From the NCBI RefSeq assembly GCF_006345805.1, contig NC_043013.1:7564001-7628000 (forward strand): a DNA stretch of 64,000 nt, read 5' to 3'. The DNA comes from Octopus sinensis. Taxonomy: Eukaryota. The notes below the pieces were generated by a model. The model was not told the DNA's origin. It worked only from the letters and a program-made list of their open reading frames with translations, and ran no database searches. The position numbers were made by a program, and so were the translations under genes. Of the stretch, positions 55,267 through 64,000 are shown one piece after another. Position 1 is the first letter of the stretch; every line of letters begins with the position of its first letter.

Positions 55267-55267
<1 letters not shown>
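54500..55267 (+). mobile_element. Penelope-like retroelement 3' remnant: GIY-YIG endonuclease plus hammerhead-bearing UTR
   Basis: SIYQCII..FYIGST..KRISIH..STGLSKLIWNLK, frameshifted WLIL..PYDKGKKFCLLC..RCKH, stop at 54934-54936; TA repeats on both sides. Confidence 0.85.
55138..55222 (+). ncRNA. Type I hammerhead ribozyme fold (U4C core variant)
   Basis: CUUUC-CCGAAGA-long stem II-GAAA-CAUAUG-UA-GAAAG; palindromic stem III ACAUAUGU. Confidence 0.65.
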
Positions 55268-55297
<30 letters not shown>

Positions 55298-55903
55298 ATA
55301 TAATATATATATATATATAGGAAAGAACAGAATAAGTGTCTTAAAGGCTTCAAGAGGTTGAGAACCAGTAATGTACAAAATGATAGATATATAAGGGTAT
55401 ATTTTTCCACCCCTGTTTTTATACTACTCTATATTTTCTTTACTTTTTCAGTTGGTCTTCATTCTTAGTCAGCTGCTTCTGTATTTTCAACCTTTAAGTT
55501 CACAGAAATTATCCTGTGAAATTCTATCAAAAGCAGAATTATTGAAAGTCAGCTCTAGTTTTTTGGGGTTTTTCTTCTTCTTGTGAATAGGCAGAGCTGC
55601 TGAAAAATAATTGTATATTTGTCGAATTAGCAGCCATGAAAATATGACAGGAAAATATTTGACATTCAAGACTTTTTCAATTAGACAACTATAACCATCC
55701 CGAATTGGGAATGTGCTACTAGTTTCAATCAGTTGATAATTAAAACAACATCTGATGCTGCGTGTGGTGTGTATACATATATAAAAATATATATGCCAGC
55801 ATGAAAGGTGGATATTAAATGAACAAATGTGAGTATGAGTGTCTGTCTGTAGATGTATGCAGTAAATATGTATGTATATGTATTATATATGTATGTATGC
55901 GTA

Positions 55904-55956
<53 letters not shown>

Positions 55957-56149
55957 TGGTAAAAACGGTAAGATAACAAAAGAAAGAAAGAGACCTCAAT
56001 ATTATGTAAATAGAGGAAATTTATCTATAAAATAATATGTTACATTTACTCAATAGTCAAGATAAAACTCTGAGTCTTAGCTCTGAGTATATATATATAT
56101 ATATATATATATCTGTAAAAGTAATATTTGACAATTATTCGGTAGCCAA

Positions 56150-56210
56150 GATAAAACTCCAAGTTTCGGATGCCGAGGTGGAAATCCCTGCCACCATCTC
56201 TTCAGTTATC
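56150..56210 (-). ncRNA. Type I hammerhead ribozyme, intact core
   Basis: GAUAA-CUGAAGA-GAUG GUGG..CCAC..CAUCC-GAAA-C(UUGGA)GU-U-UUAUC; stem I extendable via UGGCC/GGCUA. Confidence 0.75.
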
Positions 56211-56419
56211 CGGCCATTGGAAAAACGCTATGGAAAATGACCGTTATACAAAGGGAAATTACTGTGTTATTGACCACTATTAAGACAAAAGAGCTATTTG
56301 AATGACCGCTAAGTAAGGAAAGGGGGTAAAAAGTTCATAGTATTCGTGTAATCGCACCTGTTCATACCTACACATGTGCACCCACACACCCACGTGCGTA
56401 CGCATACATTCATCCACCC

Positions 56420-56462
<43 letters not shown>

Positions 56463-56926
56463 ACATACATACATATATATATGTATATACATATACACAC
56501 ACACACAAACACACACACACATATATATACATACAACAGGCTTCTTTCAGTTTCCATCTACCAAATCCACTTACAAGGCTTTGGTTGCTCCAAGGTTATA
56601 TTAGAAGAGACTTGCCCAAGGTACCATGTAGTGGTCCATGTGGCTGGGAAGCAAGTTTCTTACCACACAGCTACGTACACACACACATGCATGCACATGC
56701 ACACACACACACACACACATGCACGCACACACATATAATCATCATCATCGTCGTTTAATGTCCGCATTCCATGTTGGTATGGATGGGACAGTTTGGCAGG
56801 AGCCTACCAAGCAGAAGCCTGCACTGGACTTCTGTGACTGTTTCGGTAGGATTTTAACAGCTCGATGCCTTTCCTAACACCAACCTCCCAGCAGAGTGGA
56901 CTCATATATATATGTGTGTGTGTGTA

Positions 56927-57109
56927 ATTTTAAATTCTCAAACACAGAATAATGCTAATAATATAACCTCAACAAGATAAGCTACTCCTATTTTTGCAGA
57001 AAAAAGTGTTGGCTAGCTGGCCTCCAACACTTTTTTCTGCAAAAATAGGGGTAGCTTATCTTGTTGAGGTTATATTATTAACATTATCCTTTGTTTGAGA
57101 ATTTAAAAT
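56927..57109. repeat. Near-perfect palindrome, 86-bp arms, 11-nt loop
   Basis: Arms 56927-57012 and 57024-57109 differ at 4 positions. Confidence 0.95.
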
Positions 57110-57194
57110 CACTTCTTTAACTTTCTAAGACATCTCAACGCTTCTAAAGCAAACTTCGTTTGTTTGTTTACGTTCATCATAATTTGAATTTCAT

Positions 57195-57217
57195 ACATAC
57201 ATACATCTATATATATG

Positions 57218-57257
<40 letters not shown>

Positions 57258-57371
57258 TATATATATGTATGTATGTATGATGATATATATATAATATATA
57301 TATAGATACATATATAATATATATATATATATAGATATATAATATATATATATAATATATATATATATGTG

Positions 57372-57432
<61 letters not shown>

Positions 57433-57525
57433 TATGTATATATATGTATATATATATATAATATATATACACACATATATATATATACATATATATATTT
57501 ATATATCGATATATATATATGTATA

Positions 57526-57599
<74 letters not shown>

Positions 57600-57660
57600 A
57601 TAGATAGATAGATATAGATATACATACATACAATACATACATACATACATTCATACACGC
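57195..57660. repeat. (TA)n array
   Basis: Direct. Confidence 0.96.
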
Positions 57661-58018
57661 GTATAAAAATACAGAAGCAAACATCAAAGTGGAGTATCTA
57701 TTCTTATCTGCTTTATATATATAGTAGAATCAGAAATAGAAAGTCCTTGGTACAGTATTATATATTTGAAGAAGTGAATAGAATTGGCTTTTCTAATAAT
57801 TTTTCCACCTAAATAGTTATTAAACACCTAATAATTTATAAACATTTAATTATTAAAGGGAGAAAATTATCAGAAAAACAATTTCTATTCATTTTTTTTA
57901 AATACATACATACATACATACATACATACATACATACATACATACATACATACATACATACATACATAACTTACAGTGAATAAAAACCAAGGTGTATTGT
58001 GTTTCATTAACTAATAAT

Positions 58019-58320
58019 TGAAAAATGTATAGTAAATGCAAAAACAAAAAAGTGGCACAGGATGCAAAGACGAACAGAAAACATATTAAATGCACAGACA
58101 ATGGAGAACGGACACAGAAGGTCCCTAATTCCTTATCAGTTATTGACCAGGTGGTACAACAAAGGCCTGAAATTGCATCATACCCTCTGGTCAATAACTG
58201 ATGAGGAATTAGGGACCTTCTGTGTCCCTTTTCCGTTCATTTATATGCATTTAGTATATGTTTTTTAATTTGCCATTCTGTGTCTGTTTTTGATTTGTGC
58301 ATTTACCATACAATTTTTCA
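58019..58320. repeat. Diverged fold-back repeat, arms about 130 bp
   Basis: GGACACAGAAGGTCCCTAATTCCTTATCAGTTATTGACCAG pairs with CTGGTCAATAACTGATGAGGAATTAGGGACCTTCTGTGTCC; outer arms degraded. Confidence 0.85.
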
Positions 58321-58799
58321 CTTACACACACACACACACACACACATTCCTTTTGACAAGTCTTTTTTTTCACTTTCCAGCTGGGTTTCTGGCAATTCTT
58401 CGCACCAGTCTAGCCTGATGGAAGTGGTTGCCAGTTCAGTCACCAAAATAAATTCAGTCGCTTAATAGGTTGTAGTCTCTTACATGTTACTAGTAGCACT
58501 CACAAGACACATGTAAAACAAAAAAGAAAGGCCGGACCAAGCAATAGAGTTAACAACTGACTATCTAGCGACTGTCAGGGTAGGCAAATATTGCACTGGA
58601 GAATGTTTTAGAATAGTAACAGATAGAAAAGTTACATCATATGCCCTTTCCTAGCAAAACAGCAGCAAACCTATTAAAAACATCTCAACTAAGGCAGCAG
58701 GTGGCTGTATGCATCACGTTGCAGCTTGGTATCTTATTTTGTGTATTCTATTTTCTGTATGCAACCTACTTGGCCATATGTTTGATATTATTAAGATTG

Positions 58800-59865
58800 G
58801 CTGTCGTCAAAACATCAGACAAAATGCTTTGCAATATTCCTTCCAGATCTTTACATTCTGAGTTCAAATCCCATGAAAGTCAACTTCGCCTTTTATACCG
58901 CTGGGGCCAATAAAATAAAATATCAATCAAGTGCTGAGTTTGATGATATTGACTAAAACTGTTTGCCACTTAAATTTTAGGCAGTGCTCCTGTATTAGAA
59001 ACAATTATTAGACAAACTTCATTTGTAGATTCAGGTGCAGTTGTGTGGTTCTGGGTTCAGTCCTAATGTGTGGCACCTTGATCAAGTGTCTTTTACTAAA
59101 GCTTTGAGCCAACCAAAGCCTAGTGAGTGGATGTGGTAGATGGAAACTGGAAGAAGGCTGTTGAATAAAGATATATATCTATGTGAGTCTTTGTATCTGT
59201 GTTTGTCACCCATCACCACTTGATAGCTTGTGTTGGTGTTTACATCACCATAACTTAGAGGTTCAGCAAAAAAGACCAATAGAATAAGTTCCAGGGTTTA
59301 AAAAATTAATAAGTACGGGGGGAAGGTACTTCATTCAACCAAATGCCCCAGCATGGCTGCAGTCTAATGACTAACACAAGTAAAAGATAAAGGATATGTG
59401 TAGACATGGCTGTATGGCAAAAAAGGTCATTTTGCAACCACATGGTTTCAGGTTCAGTTCCATCGTGCAACACCTTGAACAAGTGACTTTTACTAGAGCT
59501 TAGGGCCAATCAATGCCCTGTGGGTGAATTTCGTAGATGGAAACTGGGTGGATGTCCTTGTGGTGTGTGTGTGTGTGTGTGTGTGTATGTGATCATTACC
59601 AACATCGCTTCACTGGCATGTGTAAAAAGATTTGAGCGAAGTCATTGCCAGTACCGCCCGACTGGCCCCTGTGCCAGTGGCACGTAAAAAGCACCCACTA
59701 CACTCTCAGAGTGGTTGGCATTAGGAAGGGTATCCAGCTGTAGAAACTCTGCCAGATCAAGATTGGAGCCTGGTGCAGCCATCTGGCTCTCCAGCCCTCA
59801 GTCAAAATCGTCCAACCCATGCTAGCATGGAAAGCGGACGTTAAATGATGATGATGATGATGATG
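58800..59865 (+). mobile_element. Cluster of diverged SINE B (58800-59005), SINE A (59033-59390, 59405-59560) and family C (59590-59865)
   Basis: Motif matches to the families above. Confidence 0.7.
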
Positions 59866-60073
59866 ATATATATATATATATTATATATAGAGAGAGAGAG
59901 AGAGAGCAAGAGAGAGAAGTAGTAATGTAGATAAATATAGTTTGTCTTGATGTACATACATCTATATATATACATAGAGCAGAAAAAAATACAGAATGAA
60001 ATATAATGAAAAAAGATATGTATACATATATATATATATATATATATAGATATATATTATATATATATATTAT

Positions 60074-60109
<36 letters not shown>

Positions 60110-60202
60110 ATAATATATATTTTATTATATATATATATATATAACAAAATTATGTAATGTTTTAACTGAACAGGTGTTTCAGGAAGCCAAGATTTGCATA
60201 TA

Positions 60203-60471
60203 CAGTAATCCCTTGACTATCGCATATGTTATGTTCCATCCCCCCACCCCCACGATAGGTGAAAATCCGTGAAGTAGAAACAGTACTGTACTGCATATTT
60301 CTTTCTATTATTTTTATAATTTGTATATATTTATTTTATAATAAATGCAAAACAATATCACAGAGGAATCAACGTAAGCTTAAATAATGAACCGTCATAG
60401 GTGAACCGCGATAGGTGAACTGCAGTAGGTGAATCACAAAAGGTGAACTGCTATATGGTGAGGAATTATTG
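60203..60471. mobile_element. Tigger/pogo-like MITE
   Basis: TA|CAGTAATCCCT ... AGGAATTATTG|TA; subterminal AGGTGAA repeats. Confidence 0.75.
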
Positions 60472-60649
60472 TATAGATGATATGTATATTGGTATGGTGA
60501 TGCAAAGAGGAAAAATAGACCTCAAAATATGAGCAGATGTATAGTTTTATTAATGTTTAGCAGAAGCAACAGAATGCTAATTCACGAAACTCTCATCCCT
60601 TGAATCACTCTGTTCCTTCTGATAAACTGCTAAATATTAATAAAATATT

Positions 60650-61830
60650 ATCATCATCATCATCATCATCATTTAACGTCCGCTTTCCATGCTAGCATGG
60701 GTTGGACGGTTCAACTGGTGTCTGGGGAGCCCGAAGGCTGCACCAGGCCAGTCAGATCTGGCAGTGTTTCTACAGCTGGATGCCCTTCCTAACGCCAACC
60801 ACTCCGAGAGTGTAGTGGGTGATTATGTGCCACCGACACAGTGCCAGACGAGGCTGGCGAACGGCCGCTCGGATGGTGTTTTTATGTGCCACCGACACAG
60901 GTGCCAGACAAGGCTGGCAGACGACACGCTCGGATGGTGGTTTTTTTTTTATGTGCCACCGACCAGGTGCCAGACGAGGCTGGCGAACGACCACGCTCGG
61001 ATGGTGTTTTTATGTGCCACCGACACAGGTGCCAGACAAGGCTGGCAGACGACCACGCTCGGATGGTGTTTTTATGTGCCACCGACACAGGTGCCAGACG
61101 AGGTGGCGAACGGCCATGCTCGGATGTGTTTTTATGTGCCACCGACACAGGTGCCAGACAAGGCTAGCAGACGACCACGCTCGGATGGTGTTTTTTTATG
61201 TGCCACCACACAGGTGCCAGACGAGGCTGGCGAACGGCCACGCTCGGATGGTGTTTTTATGTGCCACCGACACAGGTGCCAGACAAGGCTGGCAGACGCC
61301 ACGCTCGGATGTGTTGTTTTTTATGTGCCACCGACACAGGTGCCAGACGAGGCTGGCGAACGACCACGCTCGGATGGTGTTTTTATGTGCCACCGACACA
61401 GGTGCCAGCAGAATCGAAATCGATCAATGGAAATTGCAGATGTGTTACCAGTGCCGGTGGCATGTAAGAGAACCTTCCGTTTCGCGACCGTTACCAGCGC
61501 CGCCCCGACTGGCCTCGTGCCGGTGGCACGTAAAAAGCACCATCCGTTCATGTCCGTTGCCAGCCTGGCCTGGCCCCCGTGCCGGTGGCACATAAAAGAC
61601 ACCATCCGTTCGTGGCCGTTTGCCAGCTCTGTCTGGCACCTGTGCGGGTGGCACGTAAAAAGCACCCACTACACTCACGGAGTGGTTGGCGTTAGGAAGG
61701 GCATCCAGCCGTAGAAACACTGCCAGATTTGACTGGGCCTGATGAAGCCTTCTGGCTTCACAGACCCCAGTAGAACCGTCCAACCCATGCTAGCATGGAA
61801 AACGGACGCTAAACGATGATGATGATGATA
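60650..61830. mobile_element. Head-to-head family C pair; left copy contains an array of about 60-bp units with A/B alternation (60822-61409)
   Basis: (CAT)n on the left, (GAT)n on the right; nine full units alternating ACGAGGCTGGCGAACG and ACAAGGCTGGCAGACG. Confidence 0.88.
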
Positions 61831-61894
61831 TTTATATATATATATATATTTTTTATTAATATTTATATATATATATATATATATATCAGACACC

Positions 61895-62080
61895 ATGATA
61901 GATTGTTAGCCACTACACACATTTTTTTTCTCACCTTGTTTTCTGTGTCCCTTTCTGTAGAAGAGCATAGGCTCGAAACGTAAAAGACATTTTCTATTCC
62001 TGAGCGTTATACTAACACATCTGTTTGTTTTGTACACCACCCATCTTCGTCTTTTGTTTTTTTTCCGTAAACTTTCCCTA
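61895..62080 (+). mobile_element. Family E short element with hammerhead-like motif (61951-61986)
   Basis: CUUU-CUGUAGA-A-GAGC(AUAG)GCUC-GAAACGUA-AAAG; (TA)n on both sides. Confidence 0.78.
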
Positions 62081-62399
62081 TATATATATATATGTGTGTG
62101 TGTGTGTAAGATATAATATATATATAAAATGTAATATATATATACATATATGTGTGTGTGTGTGTGAGAGAGAGAGAGAAAACCTGACAATAAAAGTGAG
62201 ATTGCAGCCATAGCTGATGCCAGTGTTGCATGTCCAGACCATTTAAGAATGCCCTTGATGTGTCAGGTGATATGATATGCTTGAGAAGACCTGTTGAGTC
62301 AAGTAAAACCAATACTATAGCTGTGGCCCCTGACTGGCTCCCATTCCAGTGGCACATAAAATGCATCATCTGAACATAGATTAAAAACACTTGCTCAGG

Positions 62400-62722
62400 T
62401 TACTATAGTGATGACGATGAGCAATCCAGCTGATCAACAGAACAACCTGTTCGTGAAATTAACGTGCAAATGGCTGAGTGCTCCACAAACATGCGTACCT
62501 TTAACGTAGTTCTCAGGAAGATTCAGTGTGACACAGAATGTGACAAAGCTGGCCCTTTGAAATACAGGTACGACTCATTTTTGCCAGCTCAGTGGACTGG
62601 AGAAACAGGAAATGGAGTGTCTTGCTCAAGGATATAATGTGCTGCTGGTGGTGGTGGGGGGTACAAATCAAAGTCACAACCTTATGATCATAATCCGAAT
62701 ACGCCTGACCACTAAGCCATGT
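62400..62722 (-). mobile_element. SINE family D-related copy
   Basis: Reverse complement shares GTATTTCAAAGGGCC..GAGAACTACGTTAA..AATTTCACGA with 44855-45239. Confidence 0.75.
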
Positions 62723-62811
62723 TCTTTGAACCCCCCAAACCACATATTGGGAAGTGAACATTTAGCCACCCAGCCATGCTAGCACCTATATATAACATAA
62801 TGTATATCTCT

Positions 62812-63219
62812 TTACTCTTACTCTTTTACTTGTTTCAGTCATTTGACTGTAGCCATGCTGGAGCACCACCTTGAGTTGAACAAATCGACCCCAGGGCTTA
62901 TTCTTTGTAAGCCTTGTACTTATTTTAATGCTCGCTTTTGCCAAACTGCTAAGTTACGGGGACGTAAACACACCAGCATCAGTTGTCAAGCGATGTTGGG
63001 GGGACAAACACAGACACACAAACATGTACACACGCATAGAGAACATTCTTTCTTTGTAGTTTGATCGTAGGTGATCTATTTCTAGCATATGGCTGTCCAC
63101 ATAGTGGTTTTTAGCCCTTAAAATATACACATGTATTAGAATTTTCTCTGATTTTTCAGATTTTTGTATGCTAGGCTACTATTAATTAAATTAATATTCA
63201 ATTTATCTCCCTCATTATT

Positions 63220-63268
<49 letters not shown>

Positions 63269-63445
63269 TATATATATATACGATGGGCTTCTTTCAGTTT
63301 CCGTTTACCAAATCCACTCACAAGACTTTGGTCGGCCCAAGGCTATAGTAGAAGACACTTGTCCAAAGTGCCAGACAGTGGGAGTGAACCTGGAAGTATG
63401 TGATTCATAAGCAAGCTACTTACCACACAGCCACTCCTACGCCTG
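62812..63445 (-). mobile_element. SINE family A split at its internal microsatellite by an insertion (63035-63225)
   Basis: 3' half 62812-63025, 5' half 63278-63445; the insert resembles the reverse complement of 32390-32560. Confidence 0.8.
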
Positions 63446-64000
63446 TGTCAAAATATATGTCAAAACCTTTATTATACACAAGCACACACACACACACACA
63501 CACATGTATATTTAAGTCAGGAGGGGAAGCAGCTGTGTTCAAGATCTTCACAGGCCTTCACAGTTTGAAGAAACTGAGAGGGCTGATGTTGAAAGCACAC
63601 ATGTTTTAAGTCAATATCTACAGAACAAAAATGAGGGCAGGTAGGTAATTGCAGACGGTTGACAATCTAAAGAAGGGTGGATTTCCCTAAATAAATGGTT
63701 AGTGCAAGGCTAAAGGTAGGTACAAGTGGTAGCTGGGATGAAAAGAAGAAGGGGTGAAGGCCTGAATGGAAGTGGTATGCAATTAATTATTTATGTAATT
63801 AGGAAGAAATAGTAAATAGAACAAGTGGGTGGGTTAGATGAAGCGTTGGAATGTTGCACAAAATGCCTACCAGTCTTTAGTTATGACAGTTTACATTCTG
63901 AGTTCAAATCTGGCTGAGGACAATTTTGTCTTTTTTCCCTTCTGGGCTTTTTTTTTTTTTTTTTTTTTTTTTCTAGTTTCAACTCAGAGCTGCAACCATG

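Noticed and set aside
60689-61714. 341-aa and 258-aa repetitive ORFs; CRISPR-like look of the array
   Set aside because: Open frames arise from a stop-poor 60-bp tandem unit. There are no unique spacers, no cas genes, and the context is eukaryotic.
63948-63976. Poly-T plus CTAG as a splice acceptor
   Set aside because: The following sequence resembles a minus-strand SINE 3' end, so the T-run is more likely its A-tail; the window ends before this can be resolved.

Overview
AT-rich, repeat-saturated eukaryotic non-coding DNA. The SINE families look like those I recall from Octopus/coleoid genomes; that assignment is inference, not a database result. No intact protein-coding gene was found; nearly all listed ORFs are microsatellite translations. 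Content: (i) large (TA)n, (CA)n, (CAT)n, (AAT)n, (GATA)n and (GAAA)n arrays; (ii) many copies of three tRNA-headed SINE families and of a (GAT)n-tailed RTE-LINE 3' end; (iii) decayed RTE, CR1, mariner and Penelope-like (GIY-YIG) coding remnants; (iv) piggyBac-, pogo/Tigger- and MULE-type MITEs and a solo LTR; (v) a 1.15-kb tandem duplication and a 100-N gap; (vi) two candidate small + strand exons near 1.7-2.2 kb. The most interesting signal is a set of unrelated short elements, mostly beside TA/CA microsatellites, each carrying a type I hammerhead ribozyme fold. Two have intact cores (20819-20910 and 56150-56210, minus strand). One lies just downstream of a GIY-YIG endonuclease remnant (55138-55222). 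Two families carry non-canonical cores (A6U; U3:A8). Several are associated with fold-back palindromes. All folds were derived by eye.
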